This document shows, in pieces, positions 45,646-55,870 of a stretch of 64,000 nucleotides of DNA. The DNA comes from Macrostomum lignano (Eukaryota): positions 62,001 through 126,000 of the forward strand of contig NIVC01002140.1 of NCBI GenBank assembly GCA_002269645.1, given 5' to 3'. Both the position numbers and the translations under genes were made by a program. The notes under the pieces are model-generated. The model did no database searches, had not been told where the DNA came from, and worked only from the letters and a program-made list of their open reading frames with translations. Each line of letters starts with the position of its first letter. The first letter of the stretch is position 1.

Positions 45646-45888
45646 ATGTTTCCAGTCGTCTCTCCAGGTTCTTATTACAAAGAGCACGAGCCTAATTACA
45701 AATCCAAGTACCGATGCAAACTTGAATGCAGCGAATACATGAGAAAATATTGGCCCGACGTTGATATCAATGTCCCTAATATTAATCTAGCTCTCCAAAG
45801 ACACTGGTTTCATAAGTATGGAGTAACCTACGTAAAAGATTACGACAGCTACTATAACTTTGCAGAAATCATTAGGCAGTTGCGTTAA
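45646..45888 (+). CDS. 80-aa TIR-embedded ORF (left arm)
   Basis: Homolog of 27727-27969. Confidence 0.6.
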   Translation: MFPVVSPGSYYKEHEPNYKSKYRCKLECSEYMRKYWPDVDINVPNINLALQRHWFHKYGVTYVKDYDSYYNFAEIIRQLR

Positions 45889-45897
45889 AAAACCGAA

Positions 45898-45960
45898 AAA
45901 CCAAAAGGCCAAAAGGCCAAAAGGCCAAAAAGGCCAAAAGGCCAAAAAGGCCAAAAGGCC
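45898..45960. repeat. GGCCAAAA(A) short tandem repeat in the TIR (mirror at ~60003-60065)
   Basis: ccaaaaggccaaaaggccaaaaggccaaaaaggcc... Confidence 0.85.
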
Positions 45961-46240
45961 GAAATCGTTTTCATTTTGGCCTCGCGCGAGGCCGAAATCC
46001 TTTGCATTCTGGCCTTCCCTCGAGACGGAATTCTTCCTCGGCTGGGCTCAGTTAAAGTGAAAATCTCTCTCCCCCACGCGCGCTGCGCCCACACACACAT
46101 ACACTCCCCTCTCCCCCACGCACGCGAGGCCCACGCCCTCATACTACCAGAATGGGGTAAGAGATTTTGAGTACACATGCGCGCATTTTTTCATACCACT
46201 CTATTCTCGGCAAGCATACTTAAAAGGGGAACGAATTTTC

Positions 46241-47104
46241 TCACATTCTCTCAATGATCAACGTCAGTACAAACTCTTCACCGTTGAAATCAACGCCCAT
46301 CCCATCTTCAGTCTCAAACTGTAGCACAATCTCGTGAATCTCCTTATTACTCAATACAACTCTTTTCACTGGATTTGGTTTCTCTACCACCATCTGTCCT
46401 CCAGCTACAGAGTTGGAGATGTTGTACAAAATATTCGTTCGTTTTCCCTTAAATACTCAATCAAGACTGAGATTGCTTCTGATTAGAATATTCAAACCCT
46501 TTACAATGTCTGCAATATTGGGTGCTAAGAACAAACCGCTTACACTTTCCCGGACCATTCTAACAGTCCCCGATGCTTGAGTGGCGGTCCGCGCCGCGGA
46601 TTCTGCCTTATAAACTTTCTTCTCGAATCCAAGTTCCCTATACCAAGTGTCATCTTTAAACTCAACCTCCGCATCTTTGTGAACTTGCATGACCACTCTC
46701 ATTACAGTGAGATCATAGGTTAGTTTGGCAGGGAACAGTTTCTTCTCTGGCTTACTCGCATCAGGTGTCTCAAAATGGCCTCTTTTAGTAAAGACATTTT
46801 CTAGAAAGTTATTGTAGGTATCCACACTTTGCGTGCTCACATGGAATACCACAGGGTCTGCTGCTGCACCTTTCCATTTGTAATAAAACTTATTATTTGC
46901 TGCCATCACATTGGGAACGTTTGACCAACCAGTGAAGTCGTTAAGATAGACATGGTAATTAGCGCCTGGATCCAGGCGAATCGCCTGCTCTAATTTTTCA
47001 ACAAACATCCCGTTTGAGTCATTAATTCGCCCAGTTATTGTAATAGGAATGCTCTCCTTGGAGTGTGAAACAATGTTGTTTAGTCTTTCGGCTATAGCTT
47101 CCAT
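46241..47104 (-). pseudogene. Minor capsid protein (penton-like) with one in-frame TGA at 46457-46459
   Basis: VYLNDFTGWSNVPNVMAANNKFYY; the C-terminal part NILYNISNSVAGGQMVVEKPNP..DGMGVDFNGEEFVLTL is in the same frame. It follows the hexon-like gene. Confidence 0.7.
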
Positions 47105-47316
47105 TTTTTTTCACCCACAAAAATGGTCCGACCGGGCGTAGCTTGGTTGGGTGTTAAACCAGTGGGGCGTGGCTCTTGTGCGTTGGTGCGGGGGGGGGGG
47201 GGTGGGCCGGGCCTTGGTCACGTGCCCGCGGCCTGGGTGGCGTTTATTTAATACGGTGCGGGCTGTCGCTGACCCGCCTGCAAGCGCGTATTGATTTTTT
47301 TTCTCATTTTTTTGCA

Positions 47317-48435
47317 ATGGCTGACCGCGACAAACTTATGCACCTGAGCAAGGTGGCTCTGCAAGCCTTGTGTGCCCACGCTAACATAAGCAGTCGGGGC
47401 AACAAGGCCGACCTTGTCAGCGCCCTGCTCGCAGCCCCAGACCAGTCGTGGACAGATTCGCTGTTGCAGAACATGGAGCAATCTAAGCAAGAAGCCGAAG
47501 CAGATGACAACATCAGTACGGAGGCGGCTCGGGAGTCGGCGGCGGGCCTGGACGAGGACATCGCGAAAGCGGAGAAGGAGATCAGACTGTTGCAACTACG
47601 CAAGGAAGCCGCTCAACTCAAGAGGGAGATCGGAGATCTGCAGCGCGAGTGTCCATCCACGCGTCCTATGAATCGCGGTGAGTGTGCCAAGCCTGCTGGC
47701 CCCAGTTACTTTCCTGATGGGTGTGATGATGCTGGATTAGACCAAGCAGATAATGGCAATGAGCTGCTTGACAGATTGTTGTCACAGAACAGGGCCAATG
47801 AACGGATGGAGTGTTCTGGTAGACGTAAGGCTCTCCTGATTCGTGATTTCCTCGACGGCTTTGAGCAGGAAGTGGTGCTGGCTAATGGTTCTGGTGGCCG
47901 AATCACTTACAAGAGCAGAAAACCTAATCCAGATAGCATCACGGCAGCGCAGTATTTGGTAGGAAATTGCAGGCTGATGATGCAGATGATCAAGGATGGT
48001 GCCCTGGTGACTAGTAGAAATGGAACTGCCGACACGACTGATTTGATGAATTACTTACGCTACTCAATACAGATTGGCGAGCTGTTTGACGCGGGCTTCG
48101 GCCTTGCGCAGGTGAATCGTTTTGACGAGGACTACCGCACTAGGCAAGCTGAAACTGGCATGCGATGGGGCAAGGAGTCTTTCCAACTCGTTGCTAAGCA
48201 CTTAATCAGAACTGGAACTCCAGCAAACCATGGAGTCAGCAAGTCATTGCCCCAGCCACGGCAGCAGCGTTTTCAAAAACCAATAGACCCCAAGAGCCTC
48301 AGAACGCCAGACGGGGAAGAGATCTGCTTGCACTTTAATCGCCGGGGGTGCTTCCGGTCGAGCTGCAAATTCCGGCACGTATGCCGCATCTGTTTCGAGG
48401 CCCACCCTGAGGCCAACCATTCGACAAAAAACTGA
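47317..48435 (+). CDS. gag: Ngaro ORF1 (Gag-like): N-terminal SAP-like motif, coiled coil, C-terminal Cys/His zinc finger
   Basis: LMHLSKVALQALCAHANISSRGNKADLVSALL; ICLHFNRRGCFRSSCKFRHVCRICFEAH. Confidence 0.85.
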   Translation: MADRDKLMHLSKVALQALCAHANISSRGNKADLVSALLAAPDQSWTDSLLQNMEQSKQEAEADDNISTEAARESAAGLDEDIAKAEKEIRLLQLRKEAAQLKREIGDLQRECPSTRPMNRGECAKPAGPSYFPDGCDDAGLDQADNGNELLDRLLSQNRANERMECSGRRKALLIRDFLDGFEQEVVLANGSGGRITYKSRKPNPDSITAAQYLVGNCRLMMQMIKDGALVTSRNGTADTTDLMNYLRYSIQIGELFDAGFGLAQVNRFDEDYRTRQAETGMRWGKESFQLVAKHLIRTGTPANHGVSKSLPQPRQQRFQKPIDPKSLRTPDGEEICLHFNRRGCFRSSCKFRHVCRICFEAHPEANHSTKN

Positions 48436-48443
48436 AGTCTGCG

Positions 48444-50230
48444 ATGCTCTGTTTTAATCCTAAAATTTTGCCTAATGCTCAGCCTGCTTTAAATTTTAAC
48501 AATCCTGTCGTTGGCAGTGCAGGGGGTCGCCTGCGTTTTTGTTCGTGGGATTCTGAGCTTGAGAATGACCCTGATCGGAATTTTATCCTAGACGGCATCG
48601 CAAATGGTTTTCGCATTACTGATGGCAAAGGGCTTTGTGAGACTTTTAATGCCAATTACATGTCTACTTCTGCTTTTCATCGCGCTGTTGAGTTGCAAAT
48701 TAAGGAAGAGATTGAGAATGGCAGGTATTTGATTGTGCCTAAGAAGCCTACGATGGTCAGCCCTCTGGGAGCAATTCCCAAGGATAACGGGAAGGTTCGA
48801 CTTATTCATGACTGCAGCACGCCTCCGGGCTACTCGGTAAATGACAACTATACGAAGAAGCTGAGCCCCAGGTTTGAGTCCGTCAAGAAGGTTGCAGCCT
48901 CTATCGGCAAGGGCTGGTTCATGGCTAAGCTTGACTTGTCGCAAGCTTACAGAAGCGTGGCGATCCATCCGGATGATTACCAGGCGACCGGCATTGGTTG
49001 GCGCTTTAAAGGCAACCGTGATCTGACATGGCTTGTCGACACCCGGCTACCCTTTGGTAGCTGCGCCTCGGTCGAGATTTTCTACCGGCTTACTCAAGCG
49101 GTCAAGAGGATGATGGTGCGACGCGGCGTGGCCAATATTTCGGTTTACCTGGATGATTTTCTGGTTGCGGCCGAGAGCGAGAAAGAGTGTATGGATGCTC
49201 TGAAAGAGCTGATTAAGCTGGTTCGCCAGTTAGGTTTTGGTGTCAATTGGAACAAAGTGGTTGAACCTACGCAATGCTTGGTGTATCTCGGTGTGAAGAT
49301 TGATACTGTCCGTGGAGTTCTTAGTGTGCCGGCGGAAAAGTGTGAGGAAATGCGCACCACACTGCTTAACTTTTCGCAGCGCAGGCGTCTCTCGAAACGA
49401 CAGCTTTCGTCGCTTTGGTGGTGCACGCTGGGAGTTGCTTCCTAAGACCCCTGTTCGACCTGCTTAATGCCCTGGAAAAGCCACATCACAAAGTGCGTGT
49501 GTCCGCTGACACTGTGCGTATTTTACTCTGGTGGCGAGGTGCCCTTCTGAAGCTGCCTGATTTTCAGCTTTGGAGAAGTTGCACAAACGGCTGGATCATC
49601 GAAACCGATGCGAGCAGTGCTGGTGGCGGAGCCATTTTGCGCAATGGTAGCGGTATGGTGGATTGGCTGTACGTCAATTGGGATCTGGATGCTGGAGGAA
49701 AGTTTAAAGACAAGCATATCACGTACAAAGAAGCTATTGTTCCGCTGCTGGCTATGGTTCGCTGGGGTGCCTTTTTAAATGACAGTTCGGTCGTGGTCTA
49801 CTCCGACTCTAGTGCGGCTGTTGGCATGATTAACAGAGGTTGCTGTCGGCAGCCTGAGTTGCAGCCGCTGTTCCAGACTGCCATGCTCATTGCTGTTAGG
49901 CGTGGGGTTGAGGTGCGCGCTTTTCATGTGCCTGGCTGGTACCATGTCTTTGCGGACCCGTGCTCTAGGCTGCACGCCGTGGACAAAATGCGCGATTTTT
50001 TATTTCGGGTGTATGGCTCTGTTGACTGCTGTTTTAACGAGATCGCTAGCCATGCTTTCTGCCCTGCTGCCTCCGTTTTTCTCATTTTACAGGCCCTCCG
50101 CGCCAGACTCCCGACCGCCTCAGCAAGCGTTGCGCGTTTATCCTGGGCAATGCCTACGCGCCCCGCACGAAGCGGAGTTACCGGTCGCAGCTCGCGTCTT
50201 GGCTGCGATTTTGCAATTCCCGGCACCTGA
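48444..50230 (+). pseudogene. pol: Ngaro RT-RNase H, frameshifted near 49420
   Basis: KVRLIHDCS, KLDLSQAYRSV, RLPFG, YLDD; ETDASSAGGG, YKEAIV, YSDSSAAV, FADPCSR. The usual GKL-W segment between QLSSL and VVHAG is missing. Confidence 0.9.
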
Positions 50231-51093
50231 CGCCGCTGCGGGCAGAGCCTGTGCACGTGGCTGAATACCTGGCCGAGCTGTCCACCCGGCTGTCAGCCTT
50301 TCGGAGTTGCCAGGCGTATGCTAACGCGGTCTCGCTGTACTTCAGAGCTCTCGGCCGGTCGGACCCGTGCGAGTCGCCGATGGTTAAGCTGGTGCTTCGT
50401 GGTCTTCGCCGGTGTCTCAGTCGGCAGCAGCGCTCAAGGGAGCCATTCAGAGTCGCGGATCTCCTCAAGCTACACGCCCACCTGGACCAACGTCTGAAGA
50501 GTGACATCGCGTTCTGGGCAGCAGTTCTGGCAGCCTGGTGGGGTATGCTGCGAAAAGCGAATGTGACGACGCAATCGGGGCAGCTCGATCTGTGGTGCGA
50601 CCTGGCAGCATCGAGCATCGTCTTTTCAGAGTACGACTGTGAGCTCACTGTGCGGCATTCGAAGACCAACCAGTTTGGCGATCGAGTTCAGCGAGTGTTT
50701 CTTCCGAAACTGCCTGATGGAAGCTTGGGTGTCCTGTGCCCGTTCCGTGCGCTCGAGCGGCAGCTACGGACAAACCGAATCGGCCAGGCGCCGCGTCCGG
50801 TTCACCTGTTCTCCACGTGGTCGTCCGCGGGATGGTTGCCTCTGACGGCTAGCAGGTTTGATAGCCGGCTTCGTTCGCTCTGCACATCGGCGGGTTTGTC
50901 GCCACGCGAGTTCACTGGCCACGGGCTGCGGCGGGGCGGCGCTACGGCAGCCATGCAGCTCGGTGTTCCACTGCCGATGATCAAGAAGCTGGGCGACTGG
51001 AAGGGCAACTCAGTGTTTCGCTATCTATCTGTTCGGGACTCGGATGCCAGGGCGGCTGTGCATGGCTTGGCTCGTCGGGTTGGCGCGCTCTAA
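50093..51093 (+). CDS. Ngaro tyrosine recombinase (open frame without initiator ATG; predicted second exon)
   Basis: AYAPRTKRSYRSQLASWLRFC, then R..K..GHGLRRG..LGDW..Y motifs. A pyrimidine tract + CAG ends at 50092. Confidence 0.85.
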
Positions 51094-51525
51094 CTCTCTC
51101 TCTCTCTCTCTATGTCGAACTTTCTGGTTTGGGTTGGGCCAGGCTCGAACCTGCGCCTCTCGTGCCAACTGCCTTGACTTCGTCTCACTGGTTTAATGGT
51201 CCGACCGGGCGTAGCTTGGTTGGGTGTTAAACCAGTGGGGCGTGGCTCTTGTGCGTTGGTGCGGGGGGGTGGTGGGCCGGGCCTTGGTCACGTGCCCGCG
51301 GCCTGGGTGGCGTTTATTTAATACGGTGCGGGCTGTCGCTGACCCGCCTGCAAGCGCGTATTGATTTTTTTTCTCGCTTTTAAGTCTTCAAGGTTTTTAT
51401 TTGGCTTTTAAGTCCGGTAAATTAAAGTTAATAAATACGCTCGAATACTCGTACAATAGGGCCAGGCTCGAACCTGCGCCTCTCGTGCCAACTGCCTTGA
51501 CTTCGTCTCACTGGTTTAAAAATAT

Positions 51526-52812
51526 TTAAACTTTACTGGATGAATTGTTGATCATGCTAAGCTTCACCTTCCTCTCAAATGCATAGATAATGTACAGGTC
51601 CACGGGTGTTGCGGTAGTCCTCTCAATGTTAGTCACGATATTCACAGGGCTGTTATCAGTAGGCATTTGTCTGGCAGACACATCAGCGCCAAACATCGGA
51701 TATAGAGTTCCATATTGAAGAGCAGTGATAGCCATTCCATTGTTCTCTTTCACAGCCAAGCCGACCAACTCGCTATAAAATTTGCTAATCTTGTTCTGAC
51801 TGAAATCTCCATTTTGTGGCAGTGCAGGGTAAAGATTATCACTGATTTCATGCTGGATGGACCGCACGTCTCCATGTATGTAGCGTATAATGCTATTTGG
51901 GTTTCTCATGTTAATAATAATATACCTTGGATTGCTGCATGATCCCTCTTTAATGCAGATGTTTGTTCTAGTTTCGTTTCGCTCATCTCGACACATGTAG
52001 GCTGTGTATGCAACATCAATGTCCTTCTCTATTGCCTTAAGATAGTCTGCTTTTAGTGCAGTCTTTGGCTCAATGATTTCCAAATACAACTCGATTCCGG
52101 TTAGCTTCACCTCCATCCTAGTGTGATCCGCCCCAGTCCACAACGCTCTACTGCGATCATCTCTAGTCATCTTAAAAGTGTCGCTAAAGTTACTAGTCAG
52201 TCGATTAAATGTATTACAGAATCCACTCATGAATCTTAGTGGTACAAATACATCAACAGACCGATACAGCGGGTTTTTAGCAGCATCATCAGCACCTTGT
52301 AATGCATAGTTGTATCTCTTCTTCCTCTTTTTATAGCCACTGTCATTGATGTCTCCTTCTTTTTCATCTGCAATAAAACCCGCACCACTTCCCAACTGAA
52401 TAAAATCAGGATTCTCAATCAAACAATGAGCGTCATAGACAATTCCAAAGCTGGCGATTCGCTCCAACTCAGTGCTCCCATTCGATACACTAAACTCCTT
52501 GAACATGTACGCCCAAAAGTTACTGATCAGAGCCACATCCGCATCATGCTTGTCAACGTTAGCACGAGCCGCATCCACACCACCCTTTGTCTTGAATTGA
52601 AATGTCATATGGAAGCCGCTCTTAAGACTGTGCACACTAACCAGAGACGAACATCCATTGTATGTAAATGTCAGTGTTTGACCTGGACCCAAATTAGTTT
52701 CATTCTGGTTCTCGTGACTCGGAACTCTTACCTGAGTCGCTTTGATTGTGCTATCATCACTCAAAATAGGCTTGTTAATTTTGTAGAAAACTGGTGTCAG
52801 TGGGTCGTTCAT
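51526..52812 (-). CDS. Major capsid protein (hexon-like, double jelly-roll inferred), 428 aa, intact
   Basis: ATG start; DDSTIKATQVRVP..NL..GQTLTFT N-terminus and YGTLYPMFGADVS near the C-terminus resemble Polinton/adintovirus MCPs; size and position next to the penton fit. Confidence 0.72.
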   Translation of the reverse strand: MNDPLTPVFYKINKPILSDDSTIKATQVRVPSHENQNETNLGPGQTLTFTYNGCSSLVSVHSLKSGFHMTFQFKTKGGVDAARANVDKHDADVALISNFWAYMFKEFSVSNGSTELERIASFGIVYDAHCLIENPDFIQLGSGAGFIADEKEGDINDSGYKKRKKRYNYALQGADDAAKNPLYRSVDVFVPLRFMSGFCNTFNRLTSNFSDTFKMTRDDRSRALWTGADHTRMEVKLTGIELYLEIIEPKTALKADYLKAIEKDIDVAYTAYMCRDERNETRTNICIKEGSCSNPRYIIINMRNPNSIIRYIHGDVRSIQHEISDNLYPALPQNGDFSQNKISKFYSELVGLAVKENNGMAITALQYGTLYPMFGADVSARQMPTDNSPVNIVTNIERTTATPVDLYIIYAFERKVKLSMINNSSSKV

Positions 52813-52842
52813 TTTTTAACTAAAAATAAAATAAAATAAGAA

Positions 52843-53697
52843 ATGAAGCGGAAAAGTTCATATCATATCTCTGAACTAGAAAAGCTGGCGCAAGCAGAGA
52901 AACGAGTTACCGGTCTAATCAACAAAGAACAACAATCTTACAATGAATTCGTCCAAGCAGCCACCGAATTTCACAAACCCGGATACACAGAAGCGAAGAA
53001 AAACATCGACACTGTGAAGGAAGCAGTTGATGATATTCAAGAGAGCCAGTTGCAAAACACATTGGGTAAAATCCCATCTTCACCGGGACAACCACAGGCT
53101 CAGCAACCAGGACAACCAGTGCAGATGAATGTGACGGATAACTTTTTTGGCCCCGTAATGGTTGATGGAAAATATATTTTTGGAATTAGCGCCTGGTGAA
53201 AAGAAATTACCAAGGAACCGGTGGATTACAACATTGAAGTGACAAAGGAAAATATTTCAATCAATAAAGGTGCAGAAACTAAAAGAATCCCCTACACTAA
53301 AACTTTACTTGATTACTCGTACATGACTAAAAATCTAGAGAAAACGTCTGAAAAGCAGCTAAAAAATTACAAAGATCTTGTTACCTTTGCTTTAGAGAGG
53401 GACATAGACATTCTCAAGAACAACGGTGTTTTGAAAGTTTTACATGAAAACAGGATTGACTTGAACAGGTTTAGAAAATACAAATACTTTAAACAATGGT
53501 TTGGTTTGCCAGATCAGTTGGAAGTCATAAAATTTCTAGAACAACAACAGCAGCAACCACAACAACAGCAACAACCACAGCAACCACCACCTCCACAGCA
53601 ACAAAAAACCCAGGTTGAACAAGTACTTGATCAACTTGACGCCGCAGAACCGATTGTTGTTTCGCAGTACAAAGATACAAACCCTGATACTTGGTAG
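52843..53697 (+). pseudogene. Unknown Polinton ORF with one in-frame stop (53197-53199) and a Gln-rich tail
   Basis: ORFs 52843-53199 and 53221-53697 share a frame. Confidence 0.45.
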
Positions 53698-53980
53698 ACA
53701 TAATAATTGCAATGTTATTTACATTGCCCAAAACTGGTTTGAACTGCCAAATAAAACAATTAGAGGTAACTGTAATTTGATTCTCCTTTTCCCAACCATA
53801 CCACAGGATCGACTGAAACGATTTTATAATGAGGTCATTGCCCCAGCTCACATTACATATCCAGCTAAGAACTCTAACAGAACAATATCACAGGAGGAAT
53901 TTGTTAACATATGCTATGAAAAGTGGAACCAACCTTATCAGTTTGTCATGATTAATAAGGAGAAAAGAATTTTACTTTAA
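53677..53980 (+). pseudogene. C-terminal remnant of an A32/FtsK-like packaging ATPase
   Basis: LGRHNNCNVIYIAQNWFELPNKTIRGNCNLILLF..WNQPYQFVMIN; Walker A/B are absent. Confidence 0.75.
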
Positions 53981-53996
53981 TTTTTTATTTAAAAAA

Positions 53997-54473
53997 ATGT
54001 CAGTAAATTTTGCAGGTGAGTCAACTACAGGCAACAGCACTCTCACAACTTCCTTTCTTGACAAGCGCTACATTAACACTGATGAAGAGATCCCAGAGAT
54101 CAAACTGAATAAAAACAGACTGAAACAATTAGAGCGCTCCATGCACCAGTTGCAAATAAACATGGAAGATCTCAGGCTTAAAGTAGCTAGGCAGAAGTTT
54201 GAAAGTGATAAGCTTTATGTGCCGTTGTTAAACGCAACTAATGAACTTAGGTCAGAAATAACTTCGGCGGTCTCGCTAATCAACGGCTTGAGATCATCAG
54301 TTAATCTTCTGGGAAATTCCACTGATAGACGGATGCGTATTCTTGAAGGAGGAGTTTTCACAAACACAGCTAAAGTGAATAATTTAGAAGAGTTCATGAA
54401 CCAGTCAACAGCATTGCATGATAGAATTAAAGAAAACGTCGCAACCAACACAGTTAAAGTGAGGAATTTGTGA
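53997..54473 (+). CDS. Coiled-coil ORF truncated at the palindrome junction
   Basis: ATG start and heptad-like segments. The stop is supplied by junction sequence. Confidence 0.5.
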   Translation: MSVNFAGESTTGNSTLTTSFLDKRYINTDEEIPEIKLNKNRLKQLERSMHQLQINMEDLRLKVARQKFESDKLYVPLLNATNELRSEITSAVSLINGLRSSVNLLGNSTDRRMRILEGGVFTNTAKVNNLEEFMNQSTALHDRIKENVATNTVKVRNL

Positions 54474-54869
54474 GTTCGAGCCTGAGTGAGTTCGAGCCTG
54501 GCCCTATTGTACGAGTATTCGAGCGTATTTTATTAACTTTAATTTACCGGACTTAAAAGCCAAATAAAAACCTTGGAGACTTAAAAGCGAGAAAAAAAAT
54601 CAATACGCGCTTGCAGGCGGGTCAGCGACAGCCCGCACCGTATTAAATAAACGCCACCCAGGCCGCGGGCACGTGACCAAGGCCCGGCCCACCACCCCCC
54701 GCACCAACGCACAAGAGCCACGCCCCACTGGTTTAACACCCAACCAAGCTACGCCCGGTCGGACCATTAAACCAGTGAGACGAAGTCAAGGCAGTTGGCA
54801 CGAGAGGCGCAGGTTCGAGCCTGGCCCAACCCAAACCAGAAAGTTCGACATAGAGAGAGAGAGAGAGAG

Positions 54870-55870
54870 TTAGAGCGCGCCAACCCGACGAGCCAAGCCA
54901 TGCACAGCCGCCCTGGCATCCGAGTCCCGAACAGATAGATAGCGAAACACTGAGTTGCCCTTCCAGTCGCCCAGCTTCTTGATCATCGGCAGTGGAACAC
55001 CGAGCTGCATGGCTGCCGTAGCGCCGCCCCGCCGCAGCCCGTGGCCAGTGAACTCGCGTGGCGACAAACCCGCCGATGTGCAGAGCGAACGAAGCCGGCT
55101 ATCAAACCTGCTAGCCGTCAGAGGCAACCATCCCGCGGACGACCACGTGGAGAACAGGTGAACCGGACGCGGCGCCTGGCCGATTCGGTTTGTCCGTAGC
55201 TGCCGCTCGAGCGCACGGAACGGGCACAGGACACCCAAGCTTCCATCAGGCAGTTTCGGAAGAAACACTCGCTGAACTCGATCGCCAAACTGGTTGGTCT
55301 TCGAATGCCGCACAGTGAGCTCACAGTCGTACTCTGAAAAGACGATGCTCGATGCTGCCAGGTCGCACCACAGATCGAGCTGCCCCGATTGCGTCGTCAC
55401 ATTCGCTTTTCGCAGCATACCCCACCAGGCTGCCAGAACTGCTGCCCAGAACGCGATGTCACTCTTCAGACGTTGGTCCAGGTGGGCGTGTAGCTTGAGG
55501 AGATCCGCGACTCTGAATGGCTCCCTTGAGCGCTGCTGCCGACTGAGACACCGGCGAAGACCACGAAGCACCAGCTTAACCATCGGCGACTCGCACGGGT
55601 CCGACCGGCCGAGAGCTCTGAAGTACAGCGAGACCGCGTTAGCATACGCCTGGCAACTCCGAAAGGCTGACAGCCGGGTGGACAGCTCGGCCAGGTATTC
55701 AGCCACGTGCACAGGCTCTGCCCGCAGCGGCGTCAGGTGCCGGGAATTGCAAAATCGCAGCCAAGACGCGAGCTGCGACCGGTAACTCCGCTTCGTGCGG
55801 GGCGCGTAGGCATTGCCCAGGATAAACGCGCAACGCTTGCTGAGGCGGTCGGGAGTCTGGCGCGGAGGGC
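54870..55870 (-). CDS. Tyrosine recombinase, right-arm copy
   Basis: Mirror of 50093-51093. Confidence 0.85.

Larger units (their letters stand above)
47124..51519 (+). mobile_element. Ngaro-type tyrosine-recombinase retrotransposon (4.4 kb), left-arm copy
   Basis: Split direct repeats A1 (47124-~47300), B1 (~51136-51196), A2 (51197-~51370), B2 (51459-51519); gag, RT/RH and YR ORFs. Confidence 0.93.

Noticed and set aside
53540-53605. Polyglutamine tract as a functional domain
   Set aside because: It is a simple CAA/CAG low-complexity run in an ORF that already has a premature stop.
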